Below, piece by piece: positions 17,492-28,499 of a DNA stretch of 64,000 nucleotides. The translations under genes and the position numbers were made by a program. Source of the stretch: Clostridia bacterium. Its GTDB lineage: Bacteria > Bacillota > Clostridia > RGIG7378. The DNA lies in NCBI GenBank assembly GCA_017559445.1, contig JAFYSJ010000006.1:380-64379 (forward strand), read 5' to 3'. The notes beneath the pieces were generated by a model that was not told the DNA's origin, did not search any database, and was given only the letters and a program-made list of their open reading frames with translations. Every line of letters begins with the position of its first letter. Position 1 is the stretch's first letter.

Positions 17492-19936
17492 ATGAAGAAA
17501 CTGTTGTCTGTAATGTTAGTTATTACCTTGATAGGAGTTCTTTGCGCTTGTGGAGCAGATAAAACCACGGGAGTTACTCCTACCGCCACACCCACAGTAG
17601 AGGCTACTGGTACTCCTGAACCAACAGCCAGTCCTATCACCACACCCACAGCTACTCCTACAGTAGCTCCTACAGAAGTGCCCACAGAGGCACCGACAGA
17701 GGCACCGACAGAGGCTCCTACAGCTGAGCCGACAAATGCTCCAACAACTGTTCCTGGTGCTACAGCAACGCCAGAACCAGCAGCAACAGCAACACCGGAA
17801 CCAGCACCTACGGTAACACCAAAGCCTACTGCTGTACCTGCACCTACACCGAAACCTACTGCAACTCCTAAGCCAACAGCGACACCGATTCCCACCCCCA
17901 CGCCAGTGAGAAGTGATTCCGTAGGACTTAGCTATAAGGTGAACGCAGATGGAACAACAATTACTATTACTGGCATTGGCACATGCAAAGATGAACATCT
18001 TGTTATTGGCTCCAAGATTGATGGATATACAGTAACAGCCATCGGCGATAGGGCTTTCTATGGATTGGACACCGTGTTTACTGTTACAATTGCAGACACT
18101 GTCACTAGGATAGGAAGCTACGCATTTGCAGAATGTTGGTTGATGACTGCGGCATATCTTCCAGATAGTATTACAAAAATTGATACAAATGCCTTTGCTA
18201 TGTGCGAATCCTTGGAGAGAGTAAATATTCCCAAGGGCCTTAAGGTCATAGAGCTGGGTACATTTAATGATACTATTATTAAGAGTATTGTTATTCCAGA
18301 GGGTGTAGTCGAAATTGAAGACGATGCATTCAACGATTGTCGTTTTGTTACGGAATTGGTTATCCCTAAATCAGTAATAACAATTGGTGAAAGGGCATTC
18401 CAGGGCCTCGGTGCCAAAACTTTACGCATTCCAGGAACTGTTGAGAATATCAGAGAAGGGGCTTTCTTTGGATCAGCTATTGAAACTTTGATTATTGAAG
18501 AGGGTAATCTTAAGAATGCAGAAGGTGCATTTTCTGGATGCGCAAACTTAACAACAGTATCACTTCCTAAGACACTGTCTAAAATTCATAAGAGTATGTT
18601 TGCGGAAAGTGGATTGGTTAGCTTTACTGTTCCGTCTACTATTGAATCTATAGAAGAAAATGCTTTTGAGGACTGCAATAAGTTAACAGAAGTGGTATTT
18701 TCTAATAATCTTAAGTCAATTGGAGCTGGTGTTTTTAGAGGGTGCAGTGTCCTTACGAGCATAACTATTCCAGGAAATATTGAGACTATTCCCGTAGCAG
18801 CTTTTGAAAATTGCAAGAAATTGGAGAAAGTAGTCCTTTCCGAAGGCGTAAAAAACATTCAAAAGCAAGCTTTTAAGAATTGCGAAAGGCTTGTTTCTAT
18901 AACATTCCCCAAATCTCTAGAGTTGATTTACCAGTACGCCTTTGAAAATTGTGATTCTCTTATCAAGGTTGAATTTTACAACGTAGATACTATTGGAGGT
19001 GGAGCCTTTAGAGAATGTAGGTCTTTGACTAAGGTTGTATTTGCTAATGGAGTTCGACAGATTGGAGATCAGGCGTTTTACAGATGCGAATCTCTTACAT
19101 CAATAAATTATTCCGAAGGTACAGAGTATATTGGTGAAGAAGCATTTGGAGGATGTGAATCTTTGCAGAAGATTACGATTCCAAGCACCATAAAGACTCT
19201 CGGAGAGGCTGCATTTGAAGGATGTAAATCCATAACAGAGATAGTTATCCCCAAAATTATAGTAGATATTCCCAATAAGCTTTTTAAGGAATGCTACAAG
19301 CTTAAGAATATAACTATTGAGGATGGCATTCGTAGCATTGGATTGGATGCATTTGCTTATTGTTATGCGCTTAAGGAAATTAATATCCCAAGCAGTGTAA
19401 CTACTATTGGATCTGCTGCCTTCTATAGTTCTGGATTGGAGAAAATGGTGCTTCCCAATGGTCTTACTTCTATAGAAATAAGGACATTTAGTGAATGCAG
19501 CTCTTTAAAGAGCATATACATTCCAGATAGTGTAACAACTATTGGCATGTCTGCTTTCTATAATTGCGTAGCTCTTGAAGAAATATACATTCCAGATAGT
19601 GTAACAACTTTGAGTGGTCATGCATTCTATTTGTGTAAGGCATTAACAAAGGTAAGACTTTCAGGAAACATTGAGTATGTAGATAGTAGGGCATTTGCGC
19701 ATTGCATATCACTTAAGGAATTTGTATTCCCAGAGGGTATAGAGATACTTGGTGCTTGGATATTCGAGGGATGTACGGCATTAGAAGAGGTATACATTCC
19801 AGATAGTGTAACAACAATTGATAGGGGCATATTTGCGGATTGTTCAAAACTTAAGAAGGTTCGTATTCCTGCAGGAATTGACAATCTAAGCGAGATTTTT
19901 GAATATTCAAATAACAAGGTTGAAATTGTGAACTAA
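17492..19936 (+). CDS. BspA-type leucine-rich-repeat cell-surface lipoprotein with PT-rich linker
   Basis: Signal peptide plus Cys (LIGVLCACG), about 110-aa P/T/A/E linker, more than 20 LRR_5-like repeats of about 23 aa (..L..V.IP..V..IG..AF..C..L..). Confidence 0.85.
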   Translation: MKKLLSVMLVITLIGVLCACGADKTTGVTPTATPTVEATGTPEPTASPITTPTATPTVAPTEVPTEAPTEAPTEAPTAEPTNAPTTVPGATATPEPAATATPEPAPTVTPKPTAVPAPTPKPTATPKPTATPIPTPTPVRSDSVGLSYKVNADGTTITITGIGTCKDEHLVIGSKIDGYTVTAIGDRAFYGLDTVFTVTIADTVTRIGSYAFAECWLMTAAYLPDSITKIDTNAFAMCESLERVNIPKGLKVIELGTFNDTIIKSIVIPEGVVEIEDDAFNDCRFVTELVIPKSVITIGERAFQGLGAKTLRIPGTVENIREGAFFGSAIETLIIEEGNLKNAEGAFSGCANLTTVSLPKTLSKIHKSMFAESGLVSFTVPSTIESIEENAFEDCNKLTEVVFSNNLKSIGAGVFRGCSVLTSITIPGNIETIPVAAFENCKKLEKVVLSEGVKNIQKQAFKNCERLVSITFPKSLELIYQYAFENCDSLIKVEFYNVDTIGGGAFRECRSLTKVVFANGVRQIGDQAFYRCESLTSINYSEGTEYIGEEAFGGCESLQKITIPSTIKTLGEAAFEGCKSITEIVIPKIIVDIPNKLFKECYKLKNITIEDGIRSIGLDAFAYCYALKEINIPSSVTTIGSAAFYSSGLEKMVLPNGLTSIEIRTFSECSSLKSIYIPDSVTTIGMSAFYNCVALEEIYIPDSVTTLSGHAFYLCKALTKVRLSGNIEYVDSRAFAHCISLKEFVFPEGIEILGAWIFEGCTALEEVYIPDSVTTIDRGIFADCSKLKKVRIPAGIDNLSEIFEYSNNKVEIVN

Positions 19937-20339
19937 AGCTCGTTAGTGAACCACTTCGTTAGTGAGCCGCTGCGCTAGTGGCCGCACCGTTGGTGCTAGT
20001 GAACCGGCTACGCCTAGTAGGCCACGAGCAGAGCTCGTTAGTGAGCCGCCTTTGGCTAGTGAATATTCATTACTTTGGAACGACCCAAAGTAACCAAAAG
20101 TCGCCCGCTACTTCCGAAGCGCGGGAGGCACGGTTCGCAAAGCTATGCTTTGCAGTTATTAGTTATTAGTTATTAGTGTTTAGCGAATGAAACATGTTCC
20201 TTTTAAAAATAGATCATAGGAACAAAGAAACCTGCACTAAACACCAAACACTCAACACGAAACACTAGATGCGTAGTATCTTGGAACATAGGTACCAGCA
20301 CTAACCACCAAACACTAAACACTAAAATGGGGGGATAAT
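19937..20339 (+). repeat. composite intergenic element copy B
   Basis: Same architecture as copy A, starting 1 nt after the TAA of the upstream LRR gene; has an about 110-bp insertion in the tail region. Confidence 0.75.
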
Positions 20340-23069
20340 ATGAAGAAACTGTTATCTTTAATGTTGATTATTACATTGGTAGGAGTTCTTTGCGCTTGTG
20401 AAGAGAATAGGACAACAGGAATTACTCCTACTGCCATACCTACAGCAGAGGTTACTGGTACTCCTGAACCTACAGGGACACCCACAGCCGCACCTACAGA
20501 GGAGCCTACAGTTACTCCCACGGTAGCTCCAACAGAGGAGCCAACAGAAGATCAAACAGAGACTCCTACATCTACTCCAGAGGCAAAACCTACAGTAACG
20601 CCCACACCTAAACCAACGGCAACACCCACGCCAAAACCAACGGTAACACCTACACCAAGGCCTACATCCACCCCAGCACCAACACCTACTCCCGTTAGAA
20701 GTGATTCCGTAGGCCTTGACTATACTGTGAATTCAGATGGTGTTACATGTACAGTTACAGGTATAGGTACATGTACAGATGAGCATCTTGTAATTGGCTC
20801 TAAGATTGATGGATATACAGTTACAGCTATAGGAGAAGGCGCATTCCGTGGAAACAACATTAAGACAGTAACAATTGCAAATACAGTTACCTTTATTGGC
20901 AAACATGCTTTCCGCGAATGCTCTAATTTGACAGCCGCATATCTTCCAGATAGCGTTACAACCATGGAATCAAATGTTTTTGCGTATTCCGAATCCTTAG
21001 AAAGGGTAAACATTCCTAAGGGGTTAAAGGTTATAGCACGTGGAGCATTTAGAGGTACTAAACTAAAAAGCCTTGTTCTTCCAGAGGGATTGGTCGAGAT
21101 TGAGGAAGATGCCTTTAGTGAATGCATGTATGTTACAGAGCTCGTTATACCCAAATCCTTAACCACAATTGGCGAGAGTGCATTCTTGGGGCTTGGAGCA
21201 ACAACACTGGTTATCCCAGCAACTGTAGAACATATTTCATCTGGAGCGTTTGCTGGTTCATATATCGAGAATTTGATTATTCAGGGAGATATAAAGGTTG
21301 CGGAAGGTGCCTTTGCAGAATGTGGATGCTTAAAGAATGTAGTATTCCCCAAGGATATGAGTAAGATTCAGAAGAGCATGTTCGCAGGAAGTGGTCTTGA
21401 AAGTATCACAATTCCCTCCAATATTTTAAGTATCGGTGAATATGCTTTTGCTAGTTGCGATAAATTGGTTAATGTAACAATTCCACAAAACGTTACGGTA
21501 ATTGGAATTGGAGCATTTAAGGCTTGCAGTGCCCTAAAAACAGTAACTATTCCAGGTAGTGTAGAGAATATTCCAGAATCAGCATTCTATGAATGCAAGA
21601 ATTTGGAGAAGGTTGTTATTTCCGAAGGCGTAAAAAACATATTGAAAAACGCTTTTAAGAATTGCCAAAAGCTCGTTTCTGTAACATTTCCCACAAGTCT
21701 TGATCTAATTTATCAGTATGCATTTGAGGGTTGCAATTCTCTAATTAAGGTCGAATTGCATAGCGTAACAACTATTGGCGGTGCAGCATTTAGAAATTGC
21801 AAGTCCTTAACACAGGTTAAGATTACCAAGAGTCTTAAGCAAGTTGGAGATGAGGCATTCTTGAATTGTCCTGCACTTACATACATAAATCTACCACAGG
21901 GATTAGAGTATATTGGAAGTTATTCCTTTAAGAATTGTAGTTCATTACAGAGCATAACAATTCCTAATACTGTAACAGAGATAAAGAAGAACGCTTTTGA
22001 GTTGTGTACATCTTTGAGAAAAGTTTCTATTCCAGCAAGTGTGGGAATAATTCCAGATTTCATGTTTAGGGACTGTGCTAATTTGTCCGAGGTTATTATT
22101 AGTGATGGAGTCACAGGCATTGGCCTAGGTGCTTTCTATGGGTGTTCATCACTTAAGGAGGTTGTAATACCAGAAAGTGCTACAAATCTTTCAGGTGACA
22201 TATTCTGGCTATGTACAAGTTTAGAAAAGGTCACTTTGCCTAATGGAATTGCAGCTATCCCAACATTTACATTTTTTGGATGCTCATCACTGAAGGAATT
22301 TAATTTCCCAACTTCTGCAACAACTATTGAATCAAGAGCATTTGAAGGATGCGATGCCCTTAAGGAAATAGTAATTCCAGAAAGAATAACAAAAATAGAG
22401 AGTGCTGTATTTAGAAATTGCGAGTCTTTAGAAAAAGTGGTTCTCCATAATGGAATTACTGTTATTAGCGAAAGCTTATTCTATGGTTGCAAATCCTTGA
22501 AAGTGGTTAATATACCAAACAGTGTAACTACGATTGAACATGGAGCCTTTGAAGAATGTAGTTCTTTGGAAGAAATCTATATTCCAGAAAGTGTAACATC
22601 CTTTGGAACTAGCGTATTTAGATTTTGCTATTCTCTAAAGAAAGTAAATATCCCTAATGGAATCACTACTATTCCTATGTCAATGTTTGGAAGTTGTAAA
22701 TCCCTTAAGGAAATAGAAATTCCAGAAAGTGTAACATTTATTGATATGGGCGCATTCGGAGGGTGTACGAAGCTGGAAAAGGTTGTTCTTCCTAGCGGAC
22801 TAACACGTCTGAGTACCAGTGTTTTTGATGGATGCAGTTCTCTGAAAAATATTAATATCCCTGAAGGCATTACAGGTATATGGTGGGAGGTATTCCGTGA
22901 TTGTGTTTCCTTGGAGGAAATCTACTTACCAGATAGTGTAAAGACAATAGAAAGATATGCATTTAAGGGATGCACAAAATTAAGGAAGATTCGAATTCCA
23001 GCTACAGCGCAATGGTCTGAGGAAGCATTTGAGGGATGTCCCGATGATTTGGAGATTATAGTGGAGTAA
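20340..23069 (+). CDS. BspA-type leucine-rich-repeat cell-surface lipoprotein (tandem paralog)
   Basis: N-terminus, RBS and linker nearly identical to the 17492 gene; longer LRR array. Confidence 0.85.
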   Translation: MKKLLSLMLIITLVGVLCACEENRTTGITPTAIPTAEVTGTPEPTGTPTAAPTEEPTVTPTVAPTEEPTEDQTETPTSTPEAKPTVTPTPKPTATPTPKPTVTPTPRPTSTPAPTPTPVRSDSVGLDYTVNSDGVTCTVTGIGTCTDEHLVIGSKIDGYTVTAIGEGAFRGNNIKTVTIANTVTFIGKHAFRECSNLTAAYLPDSVTTMESNVFAYSESLERVNIPKGLKVIARGAFRGTKLKSLVLPEGLVEIEEDAFSECMYVTELVIPKSLTTIGESAFLGLGATTLVIPATVEHISSGAFAGSYIENLIIQGDIKVAEGAFAECGCLKNVVFPKDMSKIQKSMFAGSGLESITIPSNILSIGEYAFASCDKLVNVTIPQNVTVIGIGAFKACSALKTVTIPGSVENIPESAFYECKNLEKVVISEGVKNILKNAFKNCQKLVSVTFPTSLDLIYQYAFEGCNSLIKVELHSVTTIGGAAFRNCKSLTQVKITKSLKQVGDEAFLNCPALTYINLPQGLEYIGSYSFKNCSSLQSITIPNTVTEIKKNAFELCTSLRKVSIPASVGIIPDFMFRDCANLSEVIISDGVTGIGLGAFYGCSSLKEVVIPESATNLSGDIFWLCTSLEKVTLPNGIAAIPTFTFFGCSSLKEFNFPTSATTIESRAFEGCDALKEIVIPERITKIESAVFRNCESLEKVVLHNGITVISESLFYGCKSLKVVNIPNSVTTIEHGAFEECSSLEEIYIPESVTSFGTSVFRFCYSLKKVNIPNGITTIPMSMFGSCKSLKEIEIPESVTFIDMGAFGGCTKLEKVVLPSGLTRLSTSVFDGCSSLKNINIPEGITGIWWEVFRDCVSLEEIYLPDSVKTIERYAFKGCTKLRKIRIPATAQWSEEAFEGCPDDLEIIVE

Positions 23070-23142
23070 TGCGCTACGTGTGTGAAAAGTGCTACACACG
23101 TGAAATGGCATAGCCATAATAAATCTAGTTCAAACAATCAAA

Positions 23143-23183
23143 AAGGAGAATTTGTGAATTCACAAATTCTCCTTTATTAATTT
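23143..23183. terminator. bidirectional rho-independent terminator
   Basis: Perfect palindrome aaaggagaatttgtgaattcacaaattctccttt flanked by A/T runs between convergent genes. Confidence 0.6.
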
Positions 23184-23227
23184 CATGTACCGATTAAACC
23201 GAGCCACCTGCGTTGATTTGCAGTGAA

Positions 23228-23320
23228 AGGTGAAGAATGTTGAAAATATGGTTTTATAATGACCATTGGACCATAGGGACCAGCACTAAACTCCAAACAC
23301 TAACCACTCAACACTTATAA
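23228..23320 (+). repeat. remnant of the element tail (-10 box plus CA-rich region) without downstream gene
   Basis: ttataatgaccattggaccatagggaccagcactaaactccaaacactaaccactcaacac matches the tails of copies A, B and C. Confidence 0.45.
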
Positions 23321-23331
23321 AATCTTCGATT

Positions 23332-24837
23332 TTACAAATGGAACAACTTATCGTTCTGGTATCTGCCCTCGCATGTTAAATGTACGCCCAACTTTTTGAA
23401 CATGGAGTTGTCGGCGTGGGAGAGGATAACAGTGGAGTGTGCCTCGCAATCTCTAAGCTTGTCCAACTGTTCCATTGCCTTGCGTGCATTCTCGTCAGTT
23501 GCAGCACAGATAGCCAATGCGTGGAGAACCTCGTCCATGTGGAGTCTAGGGTTCTTGCTGCCTAAGTACTTTGTCTTAAGCTCATGGATAGGACGAATAA
23601 CTGTCTCGGACAACAAGTATACCTCATCAGAAATGCCAGCCAAGCGCTTAAGTGCGTTGAGAAGCATGGATGAGCAGGAGCCAAGCAAGTCAGTTGTTTT
23701 GCCACTTACGATTGTACCATCGTGCAGCATAATTGCAGCTGCAGGACCATCGGACTCAGTCTCCTTGTTGAGAGCTGCTGCCACAACAGGTCTGTCATCG
23801 GAAGAAAGGCCAGCCTTCTTCATAATAAGCTCCTGGTTGTAAACCTGCTCTGGGCTAATCTTACCCTTAGCTGCAGAAACAAGAGCTGTATAGTATCTGC
23901 GAATAATTTCCTGTCTAGCGGCTTCTGTTACAGCATCGTTGTCGATAATGCAGTTGCCTGCCATGCTAACGCCCATGTCTGTGGGAGACTTGTATGGGCA
24001 GTAGCCATAAATCTTCTTGAAAATAGCCTGCAAAACAGGATAAATCTCAACGTCTCTGTTGTAGTTAACTGTTGTAACACCATATGCATCAAGGTGATAT
24101 GGGTCGATCATGTTAACGTCGTCCAAATCAGCTGTTGCAGCCTCGTATGCCAAGTTAACTGCGTGTGTCAAAGGAAGGTTCCAAACAGGGAAAGTCTCGA
24201 ACTTAGCATATCCAGCCTGAATACCCATTCTGTGATCATGATAAAGCTGGGACATGCATGTTGCCATCTTGCCGCTACCAGGTCCTGGAGCAGTTACGAT
24301 AACAAGCTCGCGAGATGTCTTGATATATTCGTTCTTGCCGTAGCCCTCTTCGCTAACAATCTTCTCAACGTTGGAGGGGTAACCAGCAATTGTGTAGTGG
24401 AGGTATACGGGAATGCCGCAGCTCTCCAAATATTTCTTAAAGTTCTGTGCACCTTCGTGGGCTTGGTCAAACATAGTCATAACTACGCTACCAACGTAAA
24501 GACCAACGCTACGGAAGGAGTCGATAAGTCTCATAACGTCCTGGTCGTATGTGATACCCAGGTCGCTACGAACCTTGTTACGGTCGATGTCAGATGCAGC
24601 GATTACAATAACAACTTCAGCCTTATCAGCCAACTGTAAAAGCATCTGCAACTTGGAGTCTGGACGGAATCCAGGGAGTACTCTGCTAGCGTGATAGTCG
24701 TCGAAAAGCTTGCCGCCAAGCTCAAGATAAAGCTTGCCGCCAAAGTCGTCAATTCTGCGACGAATATGCTCGCTCTGCATGCTCAGATACTTGTTATTGT
24801 CAAAGCCGATTTTCACGAAAGTACCTCCAAGGTTCAA
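23332..24837 (-). CDS. DUF1846/UPF0371 family protein
   Basis: N-terminal GFDNNKYL..QSEHI..RI..FGGKLYLELGGKLFDDYHASRVLPGF signature. Confidence 0.65.
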   Translation of the reverse strand: MNLGGTFVKIGFDNNKYLSMQSEHIRRRIDDFGGKLYLELGGKLFDDYHASRVLPGFRPDSKLQMLLQLADKAEVVIVIAASDIDRNKVRSDLGITYDQDVMRLIDSFRSVGLYVGSVVMTMFDQAHEGAQNFKKYLESCGIPVYLHYTIAGYPSNVEKIVSEEGYGKNEYIKTSRELVIVTAPGPGSGKMATCMSQLYHDHRMGIQAGYAKFETFPVWNLPLTHAVNLAYEAATADLDDVNMIDPYHLDAYGVTTVNYNRDVEIYPVLQAIFKKIYGYCPYKSPTDMGVSMAGNCIIDNDAVTEAARQEIIRRYYTALVSAAKGKISPEQVYNQELIMKKAGLSSDDRPVVAAALNKETESDGPAAAIMLHDGTIVSGKTTDLLGSCSSMLLNALKRLAGISDEVYLLSETVIRPIHELKTKYLGSKNPRLHMDEVLHALAICAATDENARKAMEQLDKLRDCEAHSTVILSHADNSMFKKLGVHLTCEGRYQNDKLFHL

Positions 24838-25133
24838 AAAATAACAAAGTTAATTTTATCACAATTAGAAGATTAATAAAATGAAAAAATATAATAAATT
24901 TAGACAGAAAGTCTTATGAAAAAGTATGTGTTTTGGTAGGAGAAATTAGAAAGTGGATATCAAGATTAGATGATTTAAAACGGTGTATTTATTGACACAT
25001 ATTATACTTTATTATATATTAACTGTGTAATATTACTATATTATATGGATTTATAAGATAAAAATATGGTAATGTTTACTAGGTTGTTGATTGTTTGATC
25101 GCAGGATATTGAATAAAAAGGAGGACATGTATT

Positions 25134-25742
25134 ATGAAAAAGAAATTAATCAGTTTGTTTTTAGTTGTGGTGCTTTTATGTGCTTGCGCATGCCCTACAT
25201 ATGCAGCAGGACCAACACTGGGTGGTGAAACTGCTAGGTTAGCTGTTGGGCAAACGAATATTTATTCTGAAGGTGTTTTTGCGGAAGTAGTTGCAAACGG
25301 TTATTCGCATTACTATGCTCCAATTACGTCAACACAGACGCAGCACATTAAAGGAGTGGAGACATCTATTAGTCTAACAAGATCAGAGACAAAATCATTG
25401 ACTGCATCAGGAAGTTTAGGATGTGATGTTTCATTGGGATTAGGTGTAGGAATTGAGGAGTTAATAAATGTATCGTTAGAGGGCACATTATCTGCGCAGA
25501 TATCAGTGGCGTATACACAATCATACACTAATCAGACTACAATTACGTATACAATTCCAAGTACCTATGAGACATGTTTAGTAAGGATGGTATTTGTATT
25601 TCCACGTAAGACCGTTATAAAGAAAGTAATTGGAGTTAATCATCAAGGAGAAGAAACTCTAATCTGGTCAGAAAAAGTTACATATGCACCTAAGACATCA
25701 GATCAATACGTGTCGTGGCAGACGTATAATTTAGGTGAATAA
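25134..25742 (+). CDS. secreted beta-strand-rich protein of unknown function (AT-rich island)
   Basis: Signal peptide MKKKLISLFLVVVLLCACACPTYA; alternating S/T-hydrophobic stretches. Confidence 0.5.
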   Translation: MKKKLISLFLVVVLLCACACPTYAAGPTLGGETARLAVGQTNIYSEGVFAEVVANGYSHYYAPITSTQTQHIKGVETSISLTRSETKSLTASGSLGCDVSLGLGVGIEELINVSLEGTLSAQISVAYTQSYTNQTTITYTIPSTYETCLVRMVFVFPRKTVIKKVIGVNHQGEETLIWSEKVTYAPKTSDQYVSWQTYNLGE

Positions 25743-25792
25743 TTTTGATAGCGTGCTGAATTTTTAGCGGGCTATGTAGAAGGAGATAAAGC

Positions 25793-26974
25793 ATGAGAAA
25801 AGGAAAGGAAATAATATTCTTTGTAGGATTACTTGTCATGCTTGCTTTTGTAGGTTGCACTACTAGTGGAACACAGGATTTGAGTGGAGAAATGGGTAGT
25901 TCAACACCCATACCAACACAACCCTCTGGAAATGTGTCGACGCCAAATGTTAATAATCCTACACCAACACCAAACACAGAAGAAATTCTTAAGAATATAG
26001 TGATGCCCTCTTCAGAGGAAATATTCTTTGAATTGTTGTGTGACAACATTGATATTACAGTTTATAAGGGTAATGGAGGATGGAATTTTATCTTTTTTAA
26101 GCTGCTATCAACAAGAGATTTAAGTGGAGAGGAAATCTTAGTTTCGACAGATATTCAGACAACTCCAGTTTCTGTTGGAAATATAATAAATTCTGGAGAC
26201 AGTAGAGTGTTTGATTTGGAAACTTTTTATACTTATCAGGGAATTTCTTGGGAAAAAGTGTTAGCGAAACAAAACATAGAAGAGCAAACTCGCATAAAGC
26301 AGGCATATGAGTTAGTAAAGGAATCCCTTCCAACAGTATATATGTATCAAATTCAAATACCGTACAGTGCATTGGGTATAGATGATGTTCAAGGAAATGC
26401 TAAGAAGGTAAACGAGATAACTATATCTATAGGTGGTGTTCAAAAATCATATGAAATAGATAATATTTCTCGAGAGCCTGAAATGGTAGGTGGATTTGGA
26501 AGCGCGTTAATGCAGATTCAAGGATATGCTTGGGGATATAGGGTAAGGCCTACGCTAACGGGAGAGGTTGTATTTCCGGAAGTGTCTTTTATAGCAAAGT
26601 CTGACTTGACGTTAGAATCTATTAAAATTGAAAATAGGGAAGTAGCAGTTGTTCAATGTAATCTTGTATTAAGATTAAAAAATGGCTTTGTGATTACAAC
26701 GGTCTGGGATGGAAAGTCATCATTCGATGTGGATGAAGGAACAGAGATTGCTATGATTCTTACGGTAGAAGATTCCTATTTAGCAAATAAGTTGCAGGGT
26801 ATTACAAGCATGTATATTTCGGTAGAATACGAGTGTAATGGACAGATGTATTTTACAACAGATGCTGCGTTAGTGTTGTTGACTGCAGAGAGTAGCGATA
26901 TATATGCACACATAGTTGATGATATAGATCCATTGCCATATTATATGGAGTATCTAAATTGTCTTAAAGATTAA
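25793..26974 (+). CDS. lipoprotein of unknown function (AT-rich island)
   Basis: Lipobox LAFVGC, low-complexity S/T/P/N linker, then two beta-rich regions. Confidence 0.5.
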   Translation: MRKGKEIIFFVGLLVMLAFVGCTTSGTQDLSGEMGSSTPIPTQPSGNVSTPNVNNPTPTPNTEEILKNIVMPSSEEIFFELLCDNIDITVYKGNGGWNFIFFKLLSTRDLSGEEILVSTDIQTTPVSVGNIINSGDSRVFDLETFYTYQGISWEKVLAKQNIEEQTRIKQAYELVKESLPTVYMYQIQIPYSALGIDDVQGNAKKVNEITISIGGVQKSYEIDNISREPEMVGGFGSALMQIQGYAWGYRVRPTLTGEVVFPEVSFIAKSDLTLESIKIENREVAVVQCNLVLRLKNGFVITTVWDGKSSFDVDEGTEIAMILTVEDSYLANKLQGITSMYISVEYECNGQMYFTTDAALVLLTAESSDIYAHIVDDIDPLPYYMEYLNCLKD

Positions 26975-26992
26975 AGTTTTGTAGTTAGTTGT

Positions 26993-27850
26993 ATGAAGAA
27001 TAAAATTATTCAAAAAATAATAAAAATAGTTGGAGTTGCTATATTGCTGGCATTGTTTACAATGCCAGTTTATGTTCTTTACTATGTTTCATTGATGGAA
27101 CAGGCACAATATGATATGCCTCGTAATGATGTTCAACTTAAGGAAATGTCATATGGTGTTCCTTCACAAGTAATCTATAAGGATTTTTATGAGAAGATAA
27201 CTTTGGCTGGTACTGTGATTAGCACAGATGTTGTTTATGAGGAACTCGAGATACCTCAAGGGGCGGATTTTAGATTGAGGGTTTCTGTTTCACAGGTTGT
27301 TGTAGCGGGAGACATTATTGGTTATTGCAATGGAGAGCCTGTAATTGCGTCCTCTAATGGCGTTGTTAAATCAATTAACTTGGGAACATACCCCTATATA
27401 GAGTTGTACGATATCGATAAGTTAGTTATTGAGTGTTATGTGGATGATGATACCTTAAAGGTGCTTAATAGAAAGGTTTTGGACCTTATAGATGAGAATG
27501 GTAATAATTACGATGTTATTAGGGTTGATGATATAAAGATAAATGGGAATAAAACTAGAGTTCTAATATCTTGTGAAAATAACGGTTTGTCCTATGGTCA
27601 AGTTATAAACAACATGGAGCTTAATACAGGTAGAGTCTACACCAATAGTACAATGGTACTAAGTAAGTGTATTTATTCCTTAGATGGCGGTAATACACAC
27701 TATGTTAGACTTGTGGATTCCGAAGGTAACTTCATTAAAGAGCAATCTGTAGAGATTGGATTTAGTACTGGAATGTATACTATTGTAAGTGGTGTAGAGG
27801 TAGGACAGTACTGTGATTCAGCTTATAAGGCTGTTGTAGAGGGACGATAG
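26993..27850 (+). CDS. membrane-fusion/periplasmic adaptor subunit (HlyD/MacA/YknX-like)
   Basis: N-terminal TM anchor plus beta-barrel adaptor-like region; immediately upstream of MacB-type ABC pair. Confidence 0.55.
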   Translation: MKNKIIQKIIKIVGVAILLALFTMPVYVLYYVSLMEQAQYDMPRNDVQLKEMSYGVPSQVIYKDFYEKITLAGTVISTDVVYEELEIPQGADFRLRVSVSQVVVAGDIIGYCNGEPVIASSNGVVKSINLGTYPYIELYDIDKLVIECYVDDDTLKVLNRKVLDLIDENGNNYDVIRVDDIKINGNKTRVLISCENNGLSYGQVINNMELNTGRVYTNSTMVLSKCIYSLDGGNTHYVRLVDSEGNFIKEQSVEIGFSTGMYTIVSGVEVGQYCDSAYKAVVEGR

Positions 27851-27851
27851 C

Positions 27852-28499
27852 ATGTGCAATATTGAACTGAAATTAGAGCATATACAAAAGTCTTATACAA
27901 GACCTGTATTGACTGACGTAAATCTATCAGTTTTTAACGAAAGTTATATTGCTATTCTTGGAAAATCAGGTTCTGGTAAATCAACGTTGCTCAACATCCT
28001 AGGTTTAGTGGAGTCCTTTGATAGTGGCGAATATTGTTTTAATGGCGTAAAAATTAGGCAGGCAAAAGATTATGCTAAATTGCGATTAGAGAATATAGGG
28101 TTTATTTTTCAAGCATATAATCTTATACCAACATTGTCATGCGCTGAAAATATCTTGTTACCAACATTATATTCATCAAAAAAACAAAGAGATTTTGATG
28201 AATTGGTTGAATTGCTAGACATAAAGCCCTTATTAGAGCAAAAAGTAACTACATTATCTGGTGGTGAAAAACAGAGGGTAGCAATTGCACGGTCATTAAT
28301 TCTTGATCCAGGAATTATTTTAGCGGATGAACCAACGGGAAATCTTGACCCATATAATAAGGAAATAGTTTTTGACTTGCTGCAAAAAGAAAATAAGAGA
28401 GGGTGTGCAGTTGTTTTGATTACCCATGATTGGGACTTGGGTAACAAGGCAAAAACAACATTTGTTTTGGAAGGAGGGCGCCTCATTGAAAAGAAATAG
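27852..28499 (+). CDS. ABC transporter ATP-binding protein (MacB/LolD-type)
   Basis: GKSGSGKST Walker A, LSGGEKQRVAIARSL signature, ILADEPTGNLD Walker B. Confidence 0.9.
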   Translation: MCNIELKLEHIQKSYTRPVLTDVNLSVFNESYIAILGKSGSGKSTLLNILGLVESFDSGEYCFNGVKIRQAKDYAKLRLENIGFIFQAYNLIPTLSCAENILLPTLYSSKKQRDFDELVELLDIKPLLEQKVTTLSGGEKQRVAIARSLILDPGIILADEPTGNLDPYNKEIVFDLLQKENKRGCAVVLITHDWDLGNKAKTTFVLEGGRLIEKK

